DNA of 64,000 nucleotides from assembly GCA_963827565.1 (NCBI GenBank), contig CAWHBG010000002.1:54994-118993 (forward strand), read 5' to 3'. The notes under the pieces were generated by a model. That model did no database searches. It worked only from the letters and a program-made list of their open reading frames with translations, and was not told the DNA's origin. Origin of the DNA: Candidatus Aminicenantes bacterium. GTDB taxonomy: Bacteria; Acidobacteriota; Aminicenantia; UBA2199. The stretch's first letter is position 1; each line of letters opens with the position of its first letter. The position numbers and the translations under genes were made by a program. This document shows, in pieces, positions 30,220-39,137 of the stretch.

Positions 30220-31695
30220 ATGATTATCATGAATTTTTTACTAATTTATATTGATATCCGAGAGGGATTTACATTAAGCTACACGGGCAGTTACAGTGAG
30301 GGTGTTGCATCAATCATAAGCAATCTTTCCAGGGACGGTCACTCTGTTCATATGCTGCATATTACCCGAAAGGATCAAGTGACCGGAGAGAAGATTATGC
30401 ATCATGTTAATAAGTGTCAACCCGACCTGATCGGCTTCTCTGTTTTGTCTTCGAATTATCTGACCGCAGTCCGTATCAATAATATAATTAAAAATAATTC
30501 TTCTGTAAAAACAATTATCGGTGGCCCTCATGCGATGTATTCTGCTGTGCAGATTGTTATGAAAGACAAATTTGACTTTGTTGCTGTTGGAGAAGGCGAG
30601 GTAGTGCTGCCGCGGTTATTGGATCACCTGGCTGATACAAATACGGGAGGTGGTGATCTCCCGGGGATATGCTTAGGCAATCAGCCTTTTCCCCATTCAT
30701 TTCCAGATTGTATTGTAACTGATCTCGATCTCCTTGAACCGCCGGATCGATCAATATTTAATTTCCCTGGTTTACGTGAGTCAAAGGAGAGACAGGCCTA
30801 TTTTATTTCCGGCCGGGGTTGTCCATTCAAATGTACTCATTGCCCCAACGAGTATCGGAATAAATTATTCGGAACAAAAAAGGTAAGACAGAAATCACCG
30901 GATGTATTTATTAAGGAGATCGTAAATACCCTGAATAAGTATCCTTTTATTGAAGTGCTGGTATTCCAAGATGATATCCTCCCGATTAATAAAAAATGGT
31001 TCCTGGAATTTGCAGAGAAGTATAGGCGTGAAGTGAAGCTGCCTTTTATTTGTAATATCCACCCCAAACTCATTTCAACTGAAATATGTAGTGTACTTGC
31101 TGATACCGGATGTACGAGTATTATGACCGGGATCGAGTCGGGGAGCGAAAGGATAAGGCGGGAAGTAATACAACGGGATATTTCTGATTCCTATTTGAAA
31201 GAAAAAATAGAGATCTGTAACCGCCATCACCTCGGGGTCTCAACTTATAATATGGTAGGGCACTTTTCTGAATCTATGGAGGATGCTTTAAAGACTATAA
31301 AATTTAACTCCGAACTTGATCTGGTTAGGGCGATATGTACCATTGTTATCCCATATCCTGGAACTGCACTCAACCGAATGTGTAAGGAAAAGAATGCATT
31401 CATTCGAGGTGAAGAGCCGATTGAATATCCTGAGATTACTAACGAACCTGTAATATTAAACGAGAATATATCAAGATCTCAAGTGATATTTATTAAATTA
31501 TATTTCAATGTATTGAGAAGGATGTACAGGAGAATTTCTTATAAGGCTCTGGACAGAATTTTACTGAGCCGGTATTTTCCATTTGCTGTCTTCAACAGAA
31601 TAATGATTGTTTTTCGTCCTCTATTTATCTTTATATATCTGAATAGCATTGCAAAAATTTATAACAGGTATGATAAGAGAAAAAAAAGTACATAA
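30220..31695 (+). CDS. B12-binding-domain radical SAM protein
   Basis: The N-terminal Rossmann-like domain is B12-binding-like. The radical SAM cluster motif is GRGCPFKCTHCPN (CxxxCxxC). It contains an elp3-like region. The true start may be the ATG at 30229. Confidence 0.7.
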   Translation: MIIMNFLLIYIDIREGFTLSYTGSYSEGVASIISNLSRDGHSVHMLHITRKDQVTGEKIMHHVNKCQPDLIGFSVLSSNYLTAVRINNIIKNNSSVKTIIGGPHAMYSAVQIVMKDKFDFVAVGEGEVVLPRLLDHLADTNTGGGDLPGICLGNQPFPHSFPDCIVTDLDLLEPPDRSIFNFPGLRESKERQAYFISGRGCPFKCTHCPNEYRNKLFGTKKVRQKSPDVFIKEIVNTLNKYPFIEVLVFQDDILPINKKWFLEFAEKYRREVKLPFICNIHPKLISTEICSVLADTGCTSIMTGIESGSERIRREVIQRDISDSYLKEKIEICNRHHLGVSTYNMVGHFSESMEDALKTIKFNSELDLVRAICTIVIPYPGTALNRMCKEKNAFIRGEEPIEYPEITNEPVILNENISRSQVIFIKLYFNVLRRMYRRISYKALDRILLSRYFPFAVFNRIMIVFRPLFIFIYLNSIAKIYNRYDKRKKST

Positions 31696-31934
31696 AGGCC
31701 TGATTTTTATTTTAAGGTTACTGAGCTTTAAGAAAGAAGAATTCGCTTATAAGCATTCCATTTCCATAAATTATTAATATAATACTTTTTGTTATTGCTT
31801 TCTTCATGTGTGAATTATAAATCATTTATATAGAAATGAAAGACTAAAATGAGGAAGGACTTGACAAAACTGATTAATTAAATATACTCAATGTGTGTAC
31901 AATGTGTGCATTAAGGTGTAAATTAGGAGAAAAA

Positions 31935-32117
31935 ATGGGTGAAAGTATAATCAGGTCGAGGATCGATCCGGAAATAAAAGAGGAGGCAATAGCACTTCTT
32001 GATGGGATGGGTTTAACTTTGAGCGAGGCAATAAGGATGTTTCTAATCCAGGTGATAGCACATGAGGCTCTTCCTTTCGAAGTGAAGTCCCCAAAAAAGG
32101 TTAAAACAGAGAATTAA
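31935..32117 (+). CDS. DinJ/RelB-family antitoxin (ribbon-helix-helix); no cognate toxin is present
   Basis: AGGAG RBS. MGESIIRSRIDPEIKEEAIALLDGMGLTLSEAIRMFLIQVIAHEALPFE matches DinJ (IRIDDELK...LGVTPSEALRLLL...LPF). Confidence 0.7.
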   Translation: MGESIIRSRIDPEIKEEAIALLDGMGLTLSEAIRMFLIQVIAHEALPFEVKSPKKVKTEN

Positions 32118-32362
32118 GTCCCATGGGGAGAAGGGAAAAAAGTCTGAACCAGGATTTGCCTGATTTCATGAATTGTTAGACTAGAAAATTCTAAATTGTA
32201 GATTAAGAATTACTGATCCCCCCATACCCCCCTTAGCAAGGGGGGTGGCGAAGGCGGGGAATAATCATATAATCAGGGCTCGAAGAAAAAATTCTACAAA
32301 TCGATTTTTTTTAATATTTTTTTAAATTGGTATACAATGTAAAAAAAAACAGGAGGAAAGAC

Positions 32363-33118
32363 ATGCCGGATAAAGGAACCAAAAAGAAAGTAACCAATGT
32401 AGGTGGAGTAGAATCTTCGACTGAAGCAAAAACATTTAAGCCGTCAGCTGAAAGTAAAGGGAAAGCTACGCAATTACGTATAATTGCGGTCATTTCGTGG
32501 ATTGTAGCCATAGGTATTGAAGTATGGGCCATACTTCTTTTACAAAAACCACCGATCAACACGACTTATCTTATTATTATGATAGTTGTTATTTTCATTT
32601 TTGCCGTTATCGGTTCATTGTTATGGAAAAAGGCAAATAGATTTGATCCGGCCTCGGAGAAGGATAAAATAAAATTTTTCATTCAGAATCAATTGGGAGC
32701 GATCATTACAATTATAGCGTTTTTACCGCTTGTTATTCTGATCTTCACCAACAAGGATATGAAGGGGAAACAGAAAGGGCTTGTCGGTGTTATAGCCGTA
32801 ATTGCGCTAGTTGTTGCAGGATTCATTGGCGTTGATTTTAATCCTCCGTCTATTGAGAAGTATACTGAGGAAACCGCAGTGGTAGAGTCACTTATGGGGA
32901 AAAACCTGGTTTACTGGACCGATTTTGGCACAAAATATCACACCTATTCTGACTGTTATCATATCAATACAAAGAAGACCAATGAGATCTTTAAAGGAAC
33001 AGTCGCTAAAGCGTATGAGATGGAAAACATAAAGGAACTGTGCAAAACCTGCGAGAAAAGGGCTGAAAAGGAAAAATTGGAAAAAGCTGAAAAGTCCACA
33101 GCTGTCGATATAGAGTAA
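32363..33118 (+). CDS. Hypothetical membrane protein (4 TM) with a C-terminal CxxC and a Lys/Glu-rich tail
   Basis: GGAGGAAAGAC RBS before the ATG at 32363. Hydrophobic helices. C-terminus CKTCEKRAEKEKLEKAEK. Confidence 0.5.
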   Translation: MPDKGTKKKVTNVGGVESSTEAKTFKPSAESKGKATQLRIIAVISWIVAIGIEVWAILLLQKPPINTTYLIIMIVVIFIFAVIGSLLWKKANRFDPASEKDKIKFFIQNQLGAIITIIAFLPLVILIFTNKDMKGKQKGLVGVIAVIALVVAGFIGVDFNPPSIEKYTEETAVVESLMGKNLVYWTDFGTKYHTYSDCYHINTKKTNEIFKGTVAKAYEMENIKELCKTCEKRAEKEKLEKAEKSTAVDIE

Positions 33119-33293
33119 TAAATTTAGAAATATAAAATGAACAGGGTGGATGTTTTATGCATCTGCCCTGTATAAATACATCTGAATTCAACATTAATTA
33201 TTTATCTGTAATTAAAAAAGTATATTTTTATTGAGATTTTTTATCTTTTTTTGTATCTAACTTCCAGAGAGATTATATACAGAGGAGGGTGAG

Positions 33294-34253
33294 ATGAACA
33301 AATTTCTAAAATTTTTTTTATCAACTTTTATTGTCGTGTTATTTATTGCCGGTCTTATGTCAACATATTCTTTTGCAGTGGAGGGGTGGTGCTGCAAAGA
33401 CGGATATGTTTACAAAAGCAGTAAAGATGATTGTATCGAAAAAGGGGGACATTTTTTCCTGACTGAGAAGGAAGCAATAAAATATTGCTTATATGAAGAC
33501 CCGGGCTATTGCTGCTATATGGGGAATGTTTATACTTCGACACCTGAACAATGTAAAGAGAAGGGTGGAGATTATTTCGCAACCAAAGCAGATGCTGAAA
33601 AATTTTGTGAAAGTGAAGAGGAAAGCGGAGGATGGTGCTGTTTTGACGGTATGGTATTTCCAGCAACTCCGGAAGAATGCAAGAAGAAAGGCGGAGATTA
33701 TTTCACAACCAAAGCTGATGCTGAAAAATTTTGTGAAGGTGAAGAGGAAAGCGGAGGATGGTGCTGCCTCGACGGTATGGTATTTCCAGCAACTCCGGAA
33801 GAATGCAAGAAGAAAGGCGGAGATTATTTCCCGACGAAACCGGCAGCAGTAAAATTTTGTGAAACTTATTCAAAATTACCGGATCTCGAAGTTGTGAATA
33901 TATTTCTTAATGAAAAATGCCAGGTGTGTGTTAAAGTAATGAATAACGGGCCGGGCATGGTTCCTGACGGTGTCTGGACAATTCACACTCCAAAGAGCAG
34001 CAGTGTTTATATTTATATAAACGGGAAAAAGTGGGGCGGTGGAACTATATGGGGATTTGATCCCGCTAAGTCTCTGAAAATGCCCGGAGGGACAGCAGTT
34101 TATACAAGCAAACTTGTTGTTAAAACATCTGCGAAAATAACTGCAACTGTGGATCATACACTTCAGGTAACGGAGACAAACGAATCAAATAACAAAATGT
34201 CTAAAGCTGTCTTTTGTAAATCAAAAAGGTCAGCAGCCAGAAGAGAAAGATAG
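33294..34253 (+). CDS. Secreted cysteine-rich tandem-repeat protein with a CARDB-like C-terminal domain
   Basis: GAGGAGGGTGAG RBS. Signal peptide MNKFLKFFLSTFIVVLFIAGLMSTYSFA. It has four 42-aa repeats of the form GWCC-DG-V(F/Y)--TPEEC--KGG-YF-TK--A-KFC. The C-terminal 130 aa, PDLEVVNIFLN...NNGPG, resemble CARDB. Confidence 0.7.
   Translation: MNKFLKFFLSTFIVVLFIAGLMSTYSFAVEGWCCKDGYVYKSSKDDCIEKGGHFFLTEKEAIKYCLYEDPGYCCYMGNVYTSTPEQCKEKGGDYFATKADAEKFCESEEESGGWCCFDGMVFPATPEECKKKGGDYFTTKADAEKFCEGEEESGGWCCLDGMVFPATPEECKKKGGDYFPTKPAAVKFCETYSKLPDLEVVNIFLNEKCQVCVKVMNNGPGMVPDGVWTIHTPKSSSVYIYINGKKWGGGTIWGFDPAKSLKMPGGTAVYTSKLVVKTSAKITATVDHTLQVTETNESNNKMSKAVFCKSKRSAARRER
33613..33864. repeat. Two near-identical 126-bp tandem direct repeats inside the Cys-rich protein gene (repeat units 3 and 4)
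   Basis: gtgaagaggaaagcggaggatggtgctg...aagaaaggcggagattatttc occurs twice, starting at about 33613 and 33739, with only a few mismatches. Confidence 0.8.
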
Positions 34254-34284
34254 GGAGAGTCAATAAAAAAAAACTATATACTAT

Positions 34285-34395
34285 CTAGTTGATCTCCTGC
34301 GAAAACAGCTCCCACTCTTCGTCCTCATTTTCCTGAATGTAGTAGATCTTCCCGTCATGTATAGTTTCCAGGCGGACACCTAGCATCAGAGCCAT
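34285..34395 (-). CDS. Small hypothetical protein (36 aa): MALMLGVRLETIHDGKIYYIQENEDEEWELFSQEIN
   Basis: It is below the 60-aa ORF-track cutoff. The ATG has a good AGGAGT SD 6 nt upstream. It lies between convergent genes. Confidence 0.3.
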   Translation of the reverse strand: MALMLGVRLETIHDGKIYYIQENEDEEWELFSQEIN

Positions 34396-34558
34396 GACCC
34401 ACTCCTTTACTGTCGGTTCAAAAGATGTTCTTTTTAAGTTAGTACCTTTTTTATATTATTTCATCTCACTGAATCAACATAGTTCCCAACAAATTTTAAT
34501 TGATCAGGAAGGTGTAATGTAATTGAATATAGTTAAATATTACTAATTTAAAGAAAGA

Positions 34559-34587
34559 TTGACAAATATTAAAAAATAGTTTACAAT
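34559..34587 (+). promoter_or_regulatory. Candidate sigma-70 promoter of cspA
   Basis: TTGACA, a 17-nt spacer, then TACAAT. A second extended -10 (TGGTACAAT) follows at about 34608. This gives a long AT-rich 5' UTR, typical of cold-shock genes. Confidence 0.4.
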
Positions 34588-34700
34588 TAAAATTATAGTA
34601 AGTTTTTTGGTACAATATCAAATAATTTCCAAATAAATTAACTTTTGAAAATTCAATTATACCTCAATTTACTTTAAAATTTAAAAGGAGGTATATCATT

Positions 34701-34901
34701 ATGGCAAAAGGAAATGTAAAATGGTTCGATCCCCAGAAGGGATTCGGATTTATTGAAACAGAAGATTCAAAAGACCTTTTTGTTCATCACAGTGAAATTC
34801 AGGACTCCGGCTTCAAGTCTTTAGACGAGGGCCAGGCAGTTGAGTTTGAAGTTCGCCAGGGTGACAAAGGTGACTATGCAGCAAACGTAATCAAATTATA
34901 A
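34701..34901 (+). CDS. cspA: Cold-shock protein, CspA family
   Basis: [33 protein letters not shown] contains the RNP1/RNP2 motifs. There is an AAGGAGG RBS. Confidence 0.95.
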   Translation: MAKGNVKWFDPQKGFGFIETEDSKDLFVHHSEIQDSGFKSLDEGQAVEFEVRQGDKGDYAANVIKL

Positions 34902-34918
34902 ATTTAAATTTATAAACA

Positions 34919-34969
34919 GGCCCCGAATTAATTCTATTAAATTGGATGTTTTCGGGGCTTTTTTTTTAA
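34919..34969 (+). terminator. Rho-independent terminator of cspA
   Basis: Stem GGCCCCGAA / TTCGGGGCC followed by a T9 run. Confidence 0.8.
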
Positions 34970-34974
34970 TTTTG

Positions 34975-35534
34975 CTATTTGAAAAATAAAAGATATCTCG
35001 GTGTGGACCTGTTATATTCAATATATGAGCTTCCATATTTTTCTTTACAAATTCTCTCTTCAGCGAGTATCATTAAATGCTGAAAAATGAACATGATGAT
35101 CAGGTAGAAAAATAGGACCGGATTTCCGCTCAGAAGGCAAATCCCTGAAAATATCATTCCGGCCGAGACGTACATCGGATTCCTTGAAAATCGGTATGGA
35201 CCTTTTCTGAACATTTCATCCTCAGGTGTCCTAACGATCACTTTAACAGCATGAAATGAACATAACATCCCGAGCAGATAAAAAACAGACCCTGAAATTG
35301 AGTAAAGTTTACAAACCGGAAAATGGAAGCCAGATAGTTAAGATCATAAAAGGGTAGGGCATTATAGAGGCAATAATTGTAAACATTTTCTCTTTTGATG
35401 TATATCCGGTCATATCCGACATCCTCTTCGCAATATCTTTTCTCTTAGTTGGGATATAGATGCTGATCAAAATAAAACGGGATAAGCAATACCCAGGTGT
35501 TAATTAATCCAATTTGTAAATTCAACATTCACCT
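34975..35534 (-). pseudogene. Isoprenylcysteine carboxyl methyltransferase (ICMT/PEMT) family gene, split over three frames
   Basis: The C-terminal ORF 34975-35268 has RNPMYVSAGM...EERICKEKYGSSYIEYNRSTPRY, the ICMT signature. Upstream pieces in other frames are MLNLQIGLINTWVLLIPFYF (from ATG 35534, with a GAGGTG SD) and KRKDIAKRMSDMTGYTSKEKMFTIIASIMPYPFMILTIWLPFSGL. Confidence 0.5.
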
Positions 35535-35587
35535 CCTGAAGATAATCTTTAAACTTCAAGGTTATCTTTATAATTTTTTCTATTCTG

Positions 35588-37180
35588 CTATTTACGGATC
35601 CCGGGCTGGGTAATCTCGAAGTTCTCTTTTAATTTTGCTTTTTTTACCATTTCTCTGATATCGGATAATAGTTTTTTTGCATCATATACAATTCCATCTT
35701 TGATTGTGAATTTCACTCCGCCAACCCGGATAGCCTTATTTTGTTTATTCACTTTAATGGCACCGGTTCCGTACAATACTTTCAGATTTGCCAGAGGATT
35801 TTCTTCGATAACAATAAGGTCAGCGAGTTTTCCGATCTCCACAGTACCGATCTCTTTTTCCTTCCCGAGTGCTTCCGCACCTTTCAGAGTAGCTGCCCTT
35901 ATAACCTCAAGAGGATGGAATCCTGTTTCTCTCAGGAGCTCCAGTTCCCTTATATAATCAAAACCCCAGAGCTTATATATAAATCCGGAATCTGCACCTG
36001 TAGCAATTCTGCCTCCTCTATTCTTATACTCATTGAGAAAAGTCATCCACAATTTATAATTTTTCTTCCAGGCAACTTCCTGTTCGGTTGTCCAATAGTA
36101 CCAGTATGAACCATGAGATGTTCTGCTCGGCTCATAGAACCGCCAGAGAACAGGAAGGGTATAATTATCATGCCATTCAGCCCTTCTTGCCCTCATCAGG
36201 TCCCGGCTTGCTTCATATATGGTGAGGGTCGGTACGATAGTAAAATCGAGTGTTATCAATTCATTCATCACCCTGTTCCATTTGTCGGAATAGGGCGGGC
36301 TTGCCTGGGACCATAGATCCCCGGCATTTCCGAACCGGTCCTGTTCGTTGTTATAAACCGCATCGAGGGGCCAATTCTGTATGGTGCTGTATGCCAGAAA
36401 AGACTCCGGCAATCCGTACCAATGCTCCATGGATGTCAGCCCCATCCTTGCCAGTTGAAGAATATTGATCCGACCGACTGCACTCTGGGAAAGGTGACAG
36501 GCAACTCTTAATCCCCACTTTTTTGCTTCATTTAGAATTGCCTTATAAACAGCCGGGGACTGGCCGAATATTTTTACGCCGTCCGCCCCTTTTTTGTAAT
36601 TGTTCCTGACCTGAACTCTTGCATCTTCCGGAGAATTGCTCCATACAACATGGTAAGGAAAAATCCGGGGAGCAGTTATGGTGCTATTTAAACTTTTCAT
36701 TTTCTGTTCGATAAGCCAGTCCAGGCCGTTACTGCTCCCTACTTCTCTGATTGAAGTAACCCCGTGACCAAGTAGTAATTTATATACATATTCTGAAGGA
36801 ATACCTTTAGTAGAACCTATATGGGAGTGCATATTAATAAATCCGGGGAGAAGGTACATCCCTCTCAGATCGATTACTTTTTCACCTGCTTCCGGTTCGG
36901 GAGGGTCCTTGATATCTATTTCCGGCACACCTATATCCCTTATCTCAGTAATTTTATTTCCCGTAATTTTGATCTGTGCCGGGCCGTATGGTAATGCACC
37001 CGTTCCATCTATTATATATGCTCCATACAGAATGAGTGTTTTAAAAGGCCCTTCCCCTTCCGACCGGTCCGGCGGCGGGATAATCGGCAGATCCGATTTC
37101 GGTAATTCTGAAGCGGGTAGAATTACAGCAAACAATAACAAAATTAGAATAAAATTAAAGTTCTTCCTGATATGATGCAT
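35588..37180 (-). CDS. Secreted amidohydrolase-family metal-dependent hydrolase
   Basis: Signal peptide. HxH metal motif LLPGFINMHSHIG. The C-terminal region GADSGFIYKLWG...EIGTVEIGKLADLIVI is typical of the amidohydrolase family. Confidence 0.7.
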   Translation of the reverse strand: MHHIRKNFNFILILLLFAVILPASELPKSDLPIIPPPDRSEGEGPFKTLILYGAYIIDGTGALPYGPAQIKITGNKITEIRDIGVPEIDIKDPPEPEAGEKVIDLRGMYLLPGFINMHSHIGSTKGIPSEYVYKLLLGHGVTSIREVGSSNGLDWLIEQKMKSLNSTITAPRIFPYHVVWSNSPEDARVQVRNNYKKGADGVKIFGQSPAVYKAILNEAKKWGLRVACHLSQSAVGRINILQLARMGLTSMEHWYGLPESFLAYSTIQNWPLDAVYNNEQDRFGNAGDLWSQASPPYSDKWNRVMNELITLDFTIVPTLTIYEASRDLMRARRAEWHDNYTLPVLWRFYEPSRTSHGSYWYYWTTEQEVAWKKNYKLWMTFLNEYKNRGGRIATGADSGFIYKLWGFDYIRELELLRETGFHPLEVIRAATLKGAEALGKEKEIGTVEIGKLADLIVIEENPLANLKVLYGTGAIKVNKQNKAIRVGGVKFTIKDGIVYDAKKLLSDIREMVKKAKLKENFEITQPGIRK

Positions 37181-37324
37181 AGATTTCTCCTGAAAGTATA
37201 ACTATTACCATTCTAAGGAATAAAGATAAAATATTCAAAATCTCCAATAACTTTGTTTTATATCTTCCGATATTATTTGAACAAATATTTTACATTAAGT
37301 ATTATTTTTAAAACAAGAGACACT

Positions 37325-37966
37325 ATGAATAAAAAACAGATTCATATTCTTATTACATTTTTTATCTGCATGATCTGTTTATCCATTCCTATGATGGGTG
37401 CAAAATCAATAGAATTTAGGGGATTTGTTTATAATACTTCGTTAAAATTTATTAATAATTCGCGTGTTGAAATTGTTTATCTTTCCGGTAGGAACTATAA
37501 AGATGAGAAATATTATGCTGCGACCTATACAAATAAAAGGGGGGAATGGAGATTAAAGGTCCCTTTAAAGAACAAAATTATTATAAAAACTTTTTCAAAC
37601 GGTTTTATAACTGAAAAAAGGATAATTAATCTCGAGACCGAAAAATCTTTAAAAAACAATAAGGTGACAGTAAGGTCTCAGATGAAAAGAGGGATGAAGC
37701 AGATAGAGTGGGGAAGTTTTGAACATCATATGCTCTATGTAAAGTCTTCAGATCAAAAAGCCATAGAGGGGCTTACAGGTTCAAAAGAGAAAAGTAAAGT
37801 TGAAGATTATATTACTAAAAAGATGAAAAAATCACAATGGGCTGATGCGTATATTTTTGCCGGCTACTCAAGCTTCAGGAAAGGGAATCTGATGGAATCA
37901 AAAGAATATTTTAATAAAGCAGGCTCAAAGACTCTGGTTCAATCTGATGGGGAACAGATATTTTGA
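37325..37966 (+). CDS. Hypothetical secreted protein
   Basis: ATG at 37325. Signal peptide MNKKQIHILITFFICMICLSIPMMGAKS. No recognisable domain. Confidence 0.4.
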   Translation: MNKKQIHILITFFICMICLSIPMMGAKSIEFRGFVYNTSLKFINNSRVEIVYLSGRNYKDEKYYAATYTNKRGEWRLKVPLKNKIIIKTFSNGFITEKRIINLETEKSLKNNKVTVRSQMKRGMKQIEWGSFEHHMLYVKSSDQKAIEGLTGSKEKSKVEDYITKKMKKSQWADAYIFAGYSSFRKGNLMESKEYFNKAGSKTLVQSDGEQIF

Positions 37967-39137
37967 AATAAAGAATTAAAAAATTCAATGGAACTTTATC
38001 CGCAGGGAGTTACAACAAGGACAAGAGCTTATGACATGTTCAATCTTGCGAAAATTTCAAAAAAATACAAAACTTTCCTTCCAACAAAGGTTTTTCTGAC
38101 GGCAATGCAGATTTTAACAAAATGATAGTCGATTACAGGTATAAATGGAGTGATGATCTATTGACGAAAAGGTACGATGCTCACGGAATCTGCATGCAAA
38201 AAATGAAATCAGGAATAATGAAGAGCTAAAAATCTATTGGAGAAGGCGGCGGAATATTGTAAAAAGCTCAAAAAAGCTGAGATCTATTATTATTGCAATG
38301 AGAATAAAATTGATAAGATTAACTTATTAAAGATCTGCATGAAGCAATTGAAAATCCGATGAAATATTTTGAAAAATACAAACCTCCAAAATTAAAGGGG
38401 ATACAAAATAACGGATAAATATATGTATGACCTCCAATTTATTCTCACTGAAAAGGGCGTTGTGGAAGAGGCAAGAAAGCTTGTTCATGAATACCCCGAT
38501 CTTAAACGAAATCCGGTTCCTGTATTAAGTTATAAGGTCGTGCGTCCGCTTATATGGTCCTAATACATTGATAGGATCCGGTTGGCAGAATTTTTTCAAT
38601 TACAAAATCAGTGGTAAAAAAAAATTTCATGACACATTGATACAATCATAGTTGAGGCATTTCCCAAGTGGAGCAGTTTTATGAATCAGATGTATGGAAA
38701 ACTCTGGATAAACAAAAATGACGGATCTATATTTAAAGATCGAGTGGAAGCACCAGAAGCTTAACCGGAAGGACCTGAGAATAAGAGGGCTGATATTGAA
38801 CAGAGACCCGGAGATGAGCTTTATTTCAACTTATGGTAAATCCGTTTCAGGGATGAGATTTCCAAGTGAATATAGAATAATTGAGAATTATAATAGTGAT
38901 AGGTGATGTTTTATACCAGACTTGATATCACAGGGGTTTACAAAGACTATACTTTTTTCGGTGTTGATATTGATGATATGAAGGCGAAAAGATTTAGAAC
39001 AAATTGTTTGATAAATATGATCTATATTGTGTTATTCTTTACTTCCTGATAAAATTGTTGATGGGGATAATATTTTTAAATAATATCAATAGCATATGAA
39101 TTAATCTATTTTACAAGTTTAATGTGAATTAAAATAT

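Noticed and set aside
30024-30228. Cobalamin riboswitch upstream of the B12-binding radical SAM gene
   Set aside because: No B12-box (GCCACUG-like) or other conserved cobalamin-riboswitch features can be seen in the 200 bp leader.
32118-32330. RelE/YafQ toxin partner for the DinJ antitoxin
   Set aside because: Only an 18-codon ORF (MGRREKSLNQDLPDFMNC) is present, and it has no similarity to RelE/YafQ/ParE. The space is instead occupied by a GC-rich hairpin.
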